A DNA stretch of 63,197 nucleotides, filler included, from Octopus bimaculoides (GCF_001194135.2; 8 parts of 7 records of this genome joined end to end with filler, not necessarily neighbours in it), one strand, 5' to 3'. Counted from the whole stretch's first letter, positions 26,327 through 39,080 are shown. Translations and numbers: made by a program. Notes: generated from the sequence alone by a model not told the origin.

Positions 26327-26724
26327 ATATTTATATTTATATATTTGATCCTTTATATTGAACACTCAATACTTTCTTTCATGGTGCCATCCATTTTTAT
26401 TTTATTTTATATTATATTATATATTCCATATCCTACATTGGTTCTGCAGGAATATAAATAAAACATAAAAAACAGACAGTTGGAACTCTTTTAAATAAAA
26501 TAATATATTCCGCTATACACAATCATACAAAAAAACCNNNNNNNNNNNNNNNNNNNNNNNNNNNNNNNNNNNNNNNNNNNNNNNNNNNNNNNNNNNNNNN
26601 NNNNNNNNNNNNNNNNNNNNNNNNNNNNNNNNNNNNNNNNNNNNNNNNNNNNNNNNNNNNNNNNNNNNNNNNNNNNNAAAAAAAAAAAAAAAAAAAAGTA
26701 CATATTTTCAGACGGAAAGGTGAG

Positions 26725-26946
26725 TGATTTAAGGGACATTTGGTTGTTGTTTCTAGCATATCCCATGACCGGTAATGTTTTAAGATTGATAAAAATCATA
26801 AATTTTCAAAAACATTTTCTAATAGCATAAAACGAATTTATGCAATTAATGGGAAGAAAAATATTGCAAGGCATCAATACTTGTCAGTGTGAGAAAGAAG
26901 GTCATGGGATATGCTAGAAACAATAGCCAAATCTCCCTTTAAATCA
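26725..26946. mobile_element. Small foldback/MITE with ~47-bp inverted arms
   Basis: TGATTTAAGGGACATTTGGTTGTTGTTTCTAGCATATCCCATGACC ... GGTCATGGGATATGCTAGAAACAATAGCCAAATCTCCCTTTAAATCA. Confidence 0.75.
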
Positions 26947-27079
26947 CCTTTTCAGGAAATATGTTTTTATATTAAATTTGTGTTTTCTACTCACGACTAG
27001 CTAGCGCGGACGCGCGAACTTTCGAGTAATAGATAGATAGGTAGAGAGACAGACATACTCCATCTTACTCTTAAAACGT

Positions 27080-27480
27080 CGTTTTACGTTCTTCCAGGGT
27101 GTATTTTGGTGTCACATCTATTTCAGTAATCCCATTGTACGCACTCCAACAATCAGAATATATTAGTCGTCCCTGGTTTGATAAATTTTTTAATAAGTGG
27201 TAGAAGAGTTTCAGAAGAACGGTCTAAAGACTAAAAACCTATTTTTATCCTCTCTATCCCATCCTCCGTTGTATNNNNNNNNNNNNNNNNNNNNNNNNNN
27301 NNNNNNNNNNNNNNNNNNNNNNNNNNNNNNNNNNNNNNNNNNNNNNTTTGCGCTTGCACACCACAGATTTATCTATTTCTACGATGTGCCCAAGTGCACC
27401 AATTTGGTAGGAGTTACGCAAAAGATAATAACTTGTAATGTCCCTCATGTACTGATACCATAGAACAACTAGATTTTGAA
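27080..27480 (-). mobile_element. Merlin (IS1016/ISXO2-like DDE) transposase remnant
   Basis: WYQYMRDITSYYLLRNSYQIGALGHIVEIDKSVVCKRK and IYSDCWSAYNGI match the Merlin IGGPGxxVEIDES..KRK and I.SDxWxAY motifs. Confidence 0.8.
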
Positions 27481-28440
27481 AGACCGATTCACGCTAGGTA
27501 GTCGTAGGATCGACTAGTCACGACTCGCTAGCGCGGAACGGGACCACTTTTCTTGAATAGTACCAGAGGCCAAGAAAAACATTTTTTAACAGAAAAGTAT
27601 GCTATTTAAAATTCTTATACATACCTATTTTTAAAAAGTCACTGGATAAATGCCAGAAATGACCCCCAGGCTCTCCAATATCTTAAATTAAAAACAATCA
27701 GGGGCAGGGAGTAGGATTGAAAAAAAAAATTCAAAAACATCAATACATGGCGAGCGAGAAAGAAACGACAACTAAATCTCCCTTAAATCACTTTTTCCTT
27801 ACCGAAAAGCTTTGAAAGATACTAACCGAAAGTCCTCTCCCGTTCGTTTGCCTAAGTTACAGCTGAAAAATATCAATGCACGTAGGGACAAAGAACCGAA
27901 GCATGTGCTAGTAACAGCCAAATCACCCTTAAATCATTAGAAATATTTTACTCGAAAAGCCCTTTCCCACCGTGCCAAAAAATAGGCCTAAATCGGTCCA
28001 GAGAGAAAATTTTGAAATAATCCTTTCTAAGTCGGTGGTGAACAAAATAGTAAGATCCGTCAAGACGGATTAGAGTGCAACTGATGTGGGCATCCTAAAC
28101 ATAAAGTAATGGGTGGCCGCTGTGCGAAAAGGAGACAAAGGCTCCCCCCAGTACAGGCTGTGCAATTTGGACAAGCTGCGAGGAACAATGTTGTCCATGT
28201 CAATGCACCGCTTGTCTGCTCTTCTCCATTGATGCCGTATCGGGTTACTGTAAGGCCCCCTACCCCTAACACTCTTAGCATCTAAGAAATAACTATCAGA
28301 AAATAATTGTAGTGGCCACGATAAGACCCCTTCGGTAATCTGGATTTAAAAACAAGAGTAACGGATTCCTAGTATGCTAGATAGGAAAACAAACCAATCG
28401 CAAATAAAACCGGCAAGAAGACTATGCATAGAAAATGAGG

Positions 28441-28456
28441 GGCCCTGAAAAGGGCC
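28441..28456 (-). terminator. Histone 3' stem-loop (H2A copy 3)
   Basis: Reverse complement GGCCCTTTTCAGGGCC. Confidence 0.95.
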
Positions 28457-28492
28457 GTTAGATTAAGCCAAAAATACCATCACCGAAAGCGC

Positions 28493-28822
28493 TTACTTGG
28501 AAGAAGGCTTCTGGGTCTTCTTGGGGAGAAGAACAGCCTGAATATTGGGAAGAACACCACCCTGGGCGATGGTCACTCCAGACAAAAGTTTGTTTAATTC
28601 TTCGTCGTTACGGATGGCCAACTGTAAATGACGGGGAATAATTCTGGATTTCTTGTTGTCTCTGGCAGCATTTCCTGCCAATTCCAACACTTCGGCAGCC
28701 AAATATTCCATAACAGCAGCCAAGTAGACTGGAGCTCCGGCACCAACACGTTGGGCATAGTTTCCCTTACGCAGAAGACGGTGGATACGACCGACAGGGA
28801 ACTGAAGTCCAGCACGGGATGA
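28493..28822 (-). CDS. H2A: Histone H2A copy 3 (5' end cut by scaffold end)
   Basis: [26 protein letters not shown]...[12 protein letters not shown]. Confidence 0.97.
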   Translation of the reverse strand, partial: SSRAGLQFPVGRIHRLLRKGNYAQRVGAGAPVYLAAVMEYLAAEVLELAGNAARDNKKSRIIPRHLQLAIRNDEELNKLLSGVTIAQGGVLPNIQAVLLPKKTQKPSSK

Positions 28823-28824
28823 AC

Positions 28825-28924
28825 NNNNNNNNNNNNNNNNNNNNNNNNNNNNNNNNNNNNNNNNNNNNTTAATTAATTAANNNNNNNNNNNNNNNNNNNN
28901 NNNNNNNNNNNNNNNNNNNNNNNN
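28825..28924. other. Artificial scaffold-joining spacer
   Basis: 44 N + TTAATTAATTAA + 44 N. Confidence 0.95.
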
Positions 28925-29073
28925 CCGTAGTCTATATTCGGCTTTAAAACTTCAGTCTTTCATTCCCCTGGGATTACTTCAAATCGATTACACCTACTCC
29001 TCTATATATTGTTGTCCTGTGCCAGTTAGAAATTTATATGACTGGATTCTCCGTCTATTTCGATTATCAGTAA

Positions 29074-29308
29074 AAGGCGGCGAGCTGGCAGAAACGTTAG
29101 AACGCCAGGCGAAATGCTTCGCGGTATTTCGTCTGCCGTCACGTTCTGAGTTCAAATTCCACCGAGGTCGACTTTGCCTTTCATCCTTTCGGGGTCGATA
29201 AATTAAGTATCAGTTATGCACTGGAGTCGATGTAATCGACTTGATCCGTTTGTCTGTCCTTGTTTGTCCCCTCTATGTTTAGCCCCTTGTGGGCAATAAA
29301 GAAATAAG
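29074..29308 (+). mobile_element. SINE family A, near full length
   Basis: Same head and core as 24234, plus tail ...agccccttgtgggcaataaagaaataa. Confidence 0.85.
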
Positions 29309-32300
29309 TATTCAGTTGTTCGATCAATCGAACGTCTAACCTGTTAGATTATCGTGCAAATGACTCAGTATATCATAGATACACGTTCCTTGGACATAAT
29401 TCTCATTCAGCATCAGCGTGATAAGGCTGGTCCTTTGAATTAGAGATACAATCCATCCTGGGGGAAACTTTCACAGTATCCGTTTGTTCAGTTTCATGCA
29501 CAAAGCTTGAATGCACGTAATCATGAGATCCTTGGTTCGATCTCACTGCGTGGTAGTACAATCGAACTCGCCATTAGCTTTTTTTTTTTTTTTTTTTTTT
29601 TTTTGCTTACGTTCGCAAAAACTGATATAGAAACTAATTGTAGGATAATGAAGTGGCACAAACGGTTGAGAGTCGGAAAGAATATATTATAATATTTAGT
29701 TGTGTCAAGGCGGCGAACCGGGCAAAATGTTTAGCGGCATTTCTTCTTTATTTCATAAATTTGCCATAAAGGCATTACACAGAGGGGACAAACAAGGACA
29801 GACAGACATAAAGAAGCATAAAGAAGCGGCATTTCTTCTTTCTTTACAGAAGAAGGTGTAGGTGGAAGAAGAGGAGAAGGAGCTCGTGAAAATAATTTCA
29901 AGCTTTATCCCCGTCTTAAAGCCTTCTGCTATTTCTAAGAATAGTCAATGTAAATGCTGGTTGGTCTTTCCAGTCAAATCATGCAGAGAGAAGAGGAGAG
30001 AGAGAGTAAAGGAGAACTACAAAGAGAGTTAACGCAACATGTGCAGAATGAGAATGAGTGCACACTAGGCTTTGTGACAGGCAGTGAGTAACGNNNNNNN
30101 NNNNNNNNNNNNNNNNNNNNNNNNNNNNNNNNNNNNNNNNNNNNNNNNNNNNNNNNNNNNNNNNNNNNNNNNNNNNNNNNNNNNNNNNNNNNNNNNNNNN
30201 NNNNNNNNNNNNNNNNNNNNNNNNNNNNNNNNNNNNNNNNNNNNNNNNNNNNNNNNNNNNNNNNNNNNNNNNNNNNNNNNNNNNNNNNNNNNNNNNNNNN
30301 NNNNNNNNNNNNNNNNNNNNNNNNNNNNNNNNNNNNNNNNNNNNNNNNNNNNNNNNNNNNNNNNNNNNNNNNNNNNNNNNNNNNNNNNNNNNNNNNNNNN
30401 NNNNNNNNNNNNNNNNNNNNNNNNNNNNNNNNNNNNNNNNNNNNNNNNNNNNNNNNNNNNNNNNNNNNNNNNNNNNNNNNNNNNNNNNNNNNNNNNNNNN
30501 NNNNNNNNNNNNNNNNNNNNNNNNNNNNNNNNNNNNNNNNNNNNNNNNNNNNNNNNNNNNNNNNNNNNNNNNNNNNNNNNNNNNNNNNNNNNNNNNNNNN
30601 NNNNNNNNNNNNNNNNNNNNNNNNNNNNNNNNNNNNNNNNNNNNNNNNNNNNNNNNNNNNNNNNNNNNNNNNNNNNNNNNNNNNNNNNNNNNNNNNNNNN
30701 NNNNNNNNNNNNNNNNNNNNNNNNNNNNNNNNNNNNNNNNNNNNNNNNNNNNNNNNNNNNNNNNNNNNNNNNNNNNNNNNNNNNNNNNNNNNNNNNNNNN
30801 NNNNNNNNNNNNNNNNNNNNNNNNNNNNNGAGGTCTGATGTCGATAAAATAAGTACTAGTTGAGCACTGAGGTCGATGTTGTCGACTTTCCCTCTACCCC
30901 AAGATTGCTGACCTTATGCAAATTTTGAATGCAACATATGTATTTAATTACTACCTGTCAGGTAAAGTATGGTTCAAATTAGTCAATTTAGAAATTTAAA
31001 AAGTGCCTAATAAAGCGAGGCTGCAATTACATTCAAGCAATTTTTTTTTTTTTTTTTACATTAGCAGAAAACCAGAATTAGAGGGAGTGTACAGTCAATA
31101 AAATTGTGCTGAGTAGAGTACTTTCTTGACAATTATTTTACCCCTCTGACTTCGATAAGAATTAATCTTACAACATAATGGGACTTAACTAAATATCACA
31201 ATACATTTTACCTGATGCTCTACTAGTTCTGTTCCTTTATATTACTTTTAATTAGAAGTCAACAAAATTATATTCTAGGGTGGAAGTAAATGTAATGGAG
31301 ATACACATGAAACGTTGCAAACCATTTCAGACTTCACGTTTGGAATTTTGGCTTTAATTTTAATTGAACATTACAAATGGACCTCTTTTAAAATATTAAT
31401 CTAACGACAAAGCGACTTACAAGAGTAGTTAATTATTGGTCTAACATTTTGGCACCATTCCAGCAAGTGTAGGGTGGGGAAGTCAATTACATCGACCCAG
31501 TATTCAACTGGTACTTATTTCATCAACCCCGAAAGGCTGAAAGGCAAGGTCGACCTCGGCGGAATTTGAACTCGGAACTTAAGGACGGACTAAATGCTGC
31601 TAAGCGGTGGCATCTGCTCCTCCGATCTCGCAGTCTAAGTGATGTTTATGACTATTAAAGAAGCAAAAAAAAAAAAAAAACACCTTCCATAACATTAGTC
31701 CCCAAAATACAGAATTATTTAAAGATTCTGTAAACCCGGAACCAAATTCTGAAAAAGAGACCCTAGAGAAAAATGTTGAAATGTCTAAAGAGAAAAACTG
31801 TTTAAATATCGATGTGAAATTTTTGGTTTGTTGCCTGTAGGTACATTAGGGAAGAGCTTATCACAGTTTCTTAGACATATAACCGATCGAGAGCATAATA
31901 TTCCTCACTAAACGAGTTACTAGTACGTCACTGAGCTGAAGTTTTATTTACATGTATTTTTCCCTAAATATTAAGTGCTTTTTATCGGACGAAAAATGAA
32001 TGGGCCCCAAAATTGTCGAGTAATGTTAGATAAGGGAGGCAACTTTGACAAGGGAGATTACTCTTCTGTCAGTCTACGATTAAATTGTACAATTATTAGT
32101 GAGTCTATAATTTGAGTATAAATATTACTTTTTTGTTCTCTTTCTTCTTCTTTCTGTGTTTTCTTTACCCTTTCAAGTTTGTCTTTTATGTAACCTTGTT
32201 GTTCATGTAACGAAGATAATCAATATTATAGACTATGTGACTCACTGATAAAAGAAACTGTCGTCTTGTTAATTGAGCTACTTGTATTCCACGAGAGGAG

Positions 32301-33199
32301 TTTTGGGTTAAAAATCAATCATTTAAAAGTTTAGCTTTATTTACGAACGGAAATGATTAACATCCTACGACATGCTTGACTATTGCTTTGCTGAGGTTTC
32401 TCGTGTCAACGAAACAGTCTCTACGTGGTCGCTCGACTTGTAATTAGTAAGCGAAATCTCCTGGATCTGTCGAAAATTTAAAGCTTTCCACAGGTGTAGC
32501 CAAACAGAAAAGATCCATTTTTCCTTGCCGTGGTGCAGTATTCCTGAATAACAAACGAAAAGAAAAGAAAAAACGGGATCACACAGCTTGATGATTACTA
32601 CTTGGATTCACTAAAACATGTCACGATCTGCTTAATTTTGACTGGATGGCGGTGGTAGTGATTGTTCCGCCTGATTAAGATCTATGATCAAAGACATTCC
32701 AATCATAACAATCCCATTTTTTGTCCCGAGCTATAGTGCACCTTAGACTTCCTTATCCAATGTTCTTTAAAAGAAAGACAAGATAGGGTTGGATTTGAGA
32801 GAGATTTCTCATATACAATGTATATCATATATGGTTAATTACTATCGCTTAACAGACTCAACGAGGGCACCAAGTCAACTAAGGGGATCTCTATAAAGTA
32901 ACAAACTGTTAGAAATAGCTGCTAATTATCCCTCAAATTAGATTATTGTCTTAAATAAGCAACGGATACGTGAGTTAAGTAGACTTAGATATGCTCGTAA
33001 GAAGACAGGCTGGTCATGGTTGGGATGCCTTTTATCGATAAGAGTTGAAATAGGCTAAACAACTGCAACAACACTTAATACTTTTCACTTGTAAAATATA
33101 ACTTTGATCATCATTAAAAGTAGGTGATTAATGTGTGTTGTTCTGATCTGTTCATAAGTATTTGAAGTTTGGGTCAAGATAGAAAAAGGAAGACATCAA

Positions 33200-33966
33200 A
33201 GGATAAAGATTTATGAATGCAACATGTCTTTACCAGTGGTGTAGCTAATTTGTGGTAAAACTGTCAGACTGGTTGCAATTTATGCACCCAATTCAACTGC
33301 GCAAAGTGAGTATTTTCGTGACCTGGAAAAGTTTCTGGGGACATCACATTCACTAGTTTTGCTAGGAGACTATAACACAATCTGCGATGCGCGCGTGGAT
33401 TATGTTGGCTCATACACACAGATAGAAAAGGTAATTCTTGCTTCCAGGATCTGCTAAGTCGCTTTCAGTTAGCAGATCCATATAGACTGGAATTTCGAAC
33501 GCTCCGTTGTGGACATGGTCAAGTAGCGACGGTTCCTCCAGGTCATATTTAGATAGAATTTTAATTAGAAAAATAGACAGAAATGTAGCTAAATCTCCAC
33601 AGTTCCACCTGCTACAGTGGTCACAATTTTGTTGCCTGTAAGCTTGACATAGATAAGTTATATAGTATAGGTTCCGGCGATTGAGGAGTACAGAAACCGG
33701 ATTAAGTTGTTAATACAGAGGGCTTTAACTGGAACCATTATTAATAACAAATGGTGGTGTGCCCTCAAACGAGCCATCAAATTTGAGTCTGGCTAGAGAG
33801 ACTAGGAGGGAATTAGACCTAGTTAAGGACCTAGAGAAGGCAATGCGGACTGGCTCTGCATCCCGGGTGAAGGCGAAGAGATTGGAATTAAACCAGCACC
33901 TCGAAGTCAAACACATGGGATGCATTGTCAGAGCTAGACTTTGTGCAGTGGGTTGCGAGGAAATAA
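33200..33966 (+). mobile_element. L1/Tx1-like LINE ORF2, APE endonuclease region, degraded
   Basis: VRLVAIYAPNSTAQSEYFRDLEKFLGTSHSLVLLGDYNTICD ... WTWSSSDGSSRSYLDRILI. Confidence 0.8.
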
Positions 33967-34066
33967 NNNNNNNNNNNNNNNNNNNNNNNNNNNNNNNNNN
34001 NNNNNNNNNNTTAATTAATTAANNNNNNNNNNNNNNNNNNNNNNNNNNNNNNNNNNNNNNNNNNNN
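33967..34066. other. Artificial scaffold-joining spacer
   Basis: 44 N + TTAATTAATTAA + 44 N. Confidence 0.95.
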
Positions 34067-34206
34067 CTTTCACGTTGCATGATGCTATATCCCCTTCCAT
34101 TTCGTCAAATGCTTCAAGTAACTTGTCTCTAAGTCTCTGTCCATTTGCAGGGTCTTTAAGTTTCCATACCCTTCTCCTCCAGGCCGGTCTACATATATAT
34201 ATATAT

Positions 34207-34371
34207 ACGATGGGCTTCTTTCCGTTTTCGTCTACCAAATCCATTCACAAGGCTCTGGTCGGCCCGAGGCTATAGTAGAAGACACTTGCCCAAGGTGCCA
34301 CACAGTGGGACTGAACCCGGAACCACATGGTTGGTAAGCAAGCTACTTACCACACAGCCACTCCTGTGCCT
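34207..34371 (-). mobile_element. SINE family B (CORE-like domain)
   Basis: Reverse complement of ggcacaggagtggctgtgtggtaagtagcttgc...ggcaccttgggcaagtgtcttct. Confidence 0.85.
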
Positions 34372-34614
34372 ATACCAGCATAAATAAAGTGTATTTTATA
34401 AAAGCATGACCAAAGAACATTGATTTCCTTTGTTTTCTAGTTTTTTTATTAATTTTACTTTATTTTAATGCAATAATGCATAGATTTGAACATTATAAGG
34501 TACAAATTGAGTAATATGTGTGTTAGAAGAGTAATAGTTTGTTGACTGTAGTACAATATTTACTGTTATACCCGCAGAAAATAATACATATTTATATGCT
34601 TGTTGTTGTTTCAG

Positions 34615-34734
34615 GAAGAGGTCATGAAAGAAGTGCAAAGGTATCGTGCCTATGGTGTTGTTGACTGGAAAAAAGGCTGGTGTTCAGGAATGATTTATGG
34701 ATCAAATGAGGAGCTTACAAAACTGCTGGCTAAA
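34615..34734 (+). CDS. SGPL1: Sphingosine-1-phosphate lyase, internal exon (120 bp)
   Basis: tttcag|EEVMKEVQRYRAYGVVDWKKGWCSGMIYGSNEELTKLLAK|gtaagt; aligns by eye with the SGPL1 W..G..SG.VY.....LT.LL.K segment. Confidence 0.85.
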
Positions 34735-34879
34735 GTAAGTAGTAGTTGTTGTTGTTGTTGTTGTTGTTTAGCCCAGGTCTGTTCTTATCATGCAATCACA
34801 TATATAATTGAAGGTTTCACTCTGTGCTCAAAATCTGTGTATTTAACCCTTTAGCATTCGGATTATTCTGTCGAATGTA

Positions 34880-35114
34880 TTTATTTCTTTATTGCCCACA
34901 AGGGGCTAAACATAGAGGGGACAAACAAGAACAGACAAAGGGATTAAGTCGATTACATCGATCCCAGTGCGTAACTGGTACTTAATTTATCGACCCCGAA
35001 AGGATGAAAGGCAAAGTCGACCTCGGCGGAATTTGAACTCAGAACGTAACGGCAGATGAAATACCGCTAAGCATTTCGCCCAGCGTGCTAACGTCTCTGC
35101 CAGCTCGCCGCCTT
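34880..35114 (-). mobile_element. SINE family A in SGPL1 intron
   Basis: Reverse complement of the 29074 copy. Confidence 0.85.
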
Positions 35115-35648
35115 GTCATTCTGTCAAATGTATTGCTTATTCTTTCACATTGTTTTAATTTAATTATGCATCATCTTGTAGCTTCAAGATTACAATGGTG
35201 TGTTTGTATATTTTTAGAATGACATTGTAGATTAGGTGTGATAGGTTGGATCCGTTCAATTTTAAAATAAAACAAGTAGAATATTTGGGCTGGATATGGC
35301 CGGATTAAATGCTGAAGGGTTAATCAATCATGAGGGATTCTGAAACAGAAAGCAGCATGTCAAGATATAGAACTGTCCTCGGAGTGAAGACCTGATCTGA
35401 ATGCTTGCAGCAGACTGAGCTAAGCTAAAAGTACCCAAGGTCCAGGTTGTGGTGTTAAACTAGGTTAAGAATTAGGTTTATCACCTAAGAACAGATACAT
35501 TTCAACTTATAAGCTTTCACACAAATTTCATTTATCAAATTTCGTTCATTAGTGTTGGATTGCTGTGAGGTCATGACAGGAATTATTTAACCAAAGTGTC
35601 ACAACAGATGTAAGATAAAATATTGACTGATTGAACTTTCTATTTCAG

Positions 35649-35777
35649 GTTTATGAAATATTTGCCTTCAGCAACCCTTTACATCCAGAAGTATTTCCCG
35701 ATATTCGTAAGATGGAAGCAGAAATTGTACGCATGACATGTAATTTATTCAATGGAAGCTCAGCAAGTTGTGGCATT
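35649..35777 (+). CDS. SGPL1: Sphingosine-1-phosphate lyase exon (129 bp)
   Basis: tttcag|[43 protein letters not shown]|gtaagt; diagnostic SNPLHP.(I/V)FP..RK.EAEIVR. Confidence 0.93.
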
Positions 35778-38400
35778 GTAAGTTCATTTATTTTCTTCCC
35801 TGATAATTTTTTTTTCTTTAATAGTAATTTGCGTTGTTAATTAATTAATTAAATTGAAACTAAATATTTTCCATTAATACTCTTGGATATATGTTTATAC
35901 TTCATTGAAATGTAACAATGTTACAATTACAGTAATAATTCATCCTTGTATTGTTTGTGGACAATGACATATTGGTTTCTGATTTTAGCATATGGCCATC
36001 AAGTTCAAGGCAGGGCTAGTACTCGGCTGGTACTTATTTTATTGACTCCCAAAAGGGTGAAAGTATACCATGAGATTTTTATGCATGTCATCATTATTAT
36101 ATTTTTAATGTCCTTTTTATTATATCTCTGAAGGTGCATGGCCTAGAGGTTAGGATGTTGCACTTGTCATCATATCATAGTTTCTATTCTCAGACTGGTG
36201 GTGCATTGTGTCCTTGAGCAAGACATTTCATTTCATGTTGCTCCAGTTCATTCAACTGTAAATGGGTAACCCTGTGATGGACAGGCATTCCATTCAGGGG
36301 AAATGTTAGCCTGCCCATCTAGCTAAAGAGGAGGCATCATTTCAAAGTTACTATATTGTGAGGAAGCGCATTGTGACCAGAGGTGTATAACAACACCTAA
36401 TAGTTTGGTTGGTACAGTGGTACACTGATATTATATTCTATATCATTTAATCCTTATATTGCATGGCATATTGGTATTGGTGTTCGACTCATGGTTATTA
36501 GGTTATGGGCTTGATTCTTAGACAATGTAGTGCATTGTGCCCTTGAGCAAGGCACTTCATTTCACATTTCTTTCAGTCTACTTATCTGAAAATCAATACC
36601 AGTGATAGTTGATTGGTTAATTCCACAATGTACTAGCATCTTGTTCATAGAGATTTGTACTCTCAGCTACTTAAACAACATGGACCAGTATAAGCTCTGG
36701 TTTAATGAGCCTGCAGATTTAAAAATGAAGAAAACATTGAAATAAATTACAGATGTCACAATATGGTGCATGGAACAATATTATCTTGCAGTACTTAGCT
36801 TCAACCAAGTTATGTCCTTTTATGCTAAAATCAGTTACCTATTAAGTACCAGGCAAAGTTCTGGTGTTGATAATCCTTAAAGGTGACTCTTCAGCCTGGT
36901 CACCTGTAATAATATAAGTTATTCTTATACTTGCACAACATTATTACATGTAGGCTATTATAATATCTAGAAGTTGTTGTAGAGTCATTGACATTTGAAT
37001 GAATTATTTATATACGTAAAAAATTTTTATTTTTTTCATTAGTCATACCCATGAAAAAGAAGAGTAAATAATTTTTTTTTCGTATTGATAATTTAATTGT
37101 TTTAAGATTAAAATCTGGAGAAACTAATTATTGATTCCTAACATTGTATAATATGTAATGCGAAACAAACTGGAAATTATAAATCTGACTATTAGAGAAT
37201 TCAGCATATTTCTGTTCTGAATATGACTGGCAGGTCTGTAGATATTTTATTTTGGGATAAATAGATATTTGTATTGGAGAATAAAGCCTCAGATACTCAC
37301 CATAGATTTAGGGATCAGTGTAGATTAAAAATGATTGAGGAGCACTGAATTTCATCATCACTTGTTATTGTTGCAATGATTAACAGTTGTAGTGCTACCA
37401 TCATCATCATTGTTCATCATTATTATTTTTCTCTATTCAATGTGATTGTAAAAAAAACTGAAAATCGATCATTGTACAAAATGGAAGAAAGACAAGAAAC
37501 CTCAAGACAGTTGCTTGATCTGTTTAAAATAAAATGGCATTCAGAAAAAAACATATGACTAATTGGCATTGAATTGATCACCTATATACTCTGTTCTCTG
37601 GCTTAATAGCCTCACTATCTCATTGACCTGCTTTTTATGTCACTATTACTGTGCTCTTTTTTCCTTGAAGCTGACAGGTCTTGTGCTATCCAACCCAGTT
37701 CCATGTAGCACACTCATCTCTTCCTCTTATCACCCATATTGTGTCTACTCCCTCCACTAGGCCAGACATTGCACACTTTTCCCAATCCTTTCTACCCACT
37801 GGAATTCTCTCCCTATCCATGTTTTCATTAACTGGGTGTTGTTCAAGAGGAGCACCAACCATATTTGTTACATTGGTCTCTGAAGGCTACAGAAACAGCT
37901 CCTTCCAAACTAAACAATAAAACAATAAATGCAGCCCATGTAACAGACTGGAAGAGAAGTCATTGAAAAAGTTGCAAATGGCAATGAAAGAATATTGATG
38001 AACAAAAGAAAAATCAACAAATGATCAACTGTTTAAACCAACAAGTTAAACAAATGATTGATTAGTTGGTTGAATTTAACCAATTGAGTAGTAATAAAGG
38101 AGTGGAATTGAACCAGTGCAATATGTTATTAATATTGGTGTAATGTGTTATTAATATTGGCAAAGACACAACAAAATTTGTTTCAACAGATGAATTCACA
38201 TAAAGTATCTTGCTAACCAAATACAGCAATGAAATAAAATCAAGTAAAATAAGATAAATAAAAGGTTTTGTTTCTTTTAAAGTACTTTTCCTATGGTTAC
38301 GCAATAATTTTAGATTATTTTAATGCAATAACAGAATATAGACTGTCATAAAATCAGTACAAGCCATTGCAATTGACATAGATTTTATATTTCATCTTAG

Positions 38401-38489
38401 GTTACAACTGGTGGTACTGAAAGTATAATGTTAGCCTGCCTAGCTTACAGAAACAGAGCCTACAGCAAAGGCATAAAGATTCCTGAGAT
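38401..38489 (+). CDS. SGPL1: Sphingosine-1-phosphate lyase exon (89 bp, ends in phase 2)
   Basis: tcttag|[29 protein letters not shown]-at|gtaagt; PLP-enzyme GGTES motif. Confidence 0.93.
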
Positions 38490-38664
38490 GTAAGTAAACT
38501 GGCATTTAAAAATAAATTTTACACTTGGGGATGGTGATATTTTGCCAATTAAACACATGCACTATGTGTTTGGGTATTACTTCAGCTTGGGATAGAGAGT
38601 TGCTGAAGATGTCACAGGATGTGTGAGAAAAGAGCTTAGACAAAGACACTAAAATAATAATAAT

Positions 38665-38830
38665 AGGCACAGGAGTGGCTGTGTGGTAAGTAGCTTGCTT
38701 ACCAACCACATAGTTCTGGGTTCAGTCCCACTGCGTGGCACCTTGGGCAAGTGTCTTCTACTATGGCCTCGGGCCAACCAAAGCCTTGTGAGTGGATTTG
38801 GTAGACGGAAACTGAAAGAAGCCCATCGTA

Positions 38831-38873
<43 letters not shown>

Positions 38874-39080
38874 ATATGTTTGTGTGTCTGTGTTTGTCCC
38901 CCCAACATCGCTTGACAACCGATGCTGGTGTGTTTACGTCCCCGTAACTTAGCAGTTCAGCAAAAGAGACCAATAGAATAAGTACTAGGCTTACAAAGAA
39001 TAAGTCCTGGGGTCATTTTGCTTGACTAAAGGCAGTACTCCAGCATGGCCGCAGTCAAATGACTGAAACAAGTAAAAGAG
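38665..39080 (+). mobile_element. SINE family B, full length with internal microsatellite
   Basis: Head and core as at 34207; tail ...cagtcaaatgactgaaacaagtaaaag. Confidence 0.85.

Noticed and set aside
29973-30084. Possible exon (ttccag ... QIMQREEERESKGELQRELTQHVQNENECTLGFVTG ... gtgagt)
   Set aside because: Splice-like flanks and an open frame, but no recognisable homology, partly low-complexity, and no partner exons found.
32977-32986. AAGTAGACTT, complementary to the candidate histone downstream element, as a possible U7 snRNA gene
   Set aside because: No U7-type Sm site (AATTTGTCTAG-like) or 3' hairpin follows, and a 10-mer match is expected by chance.
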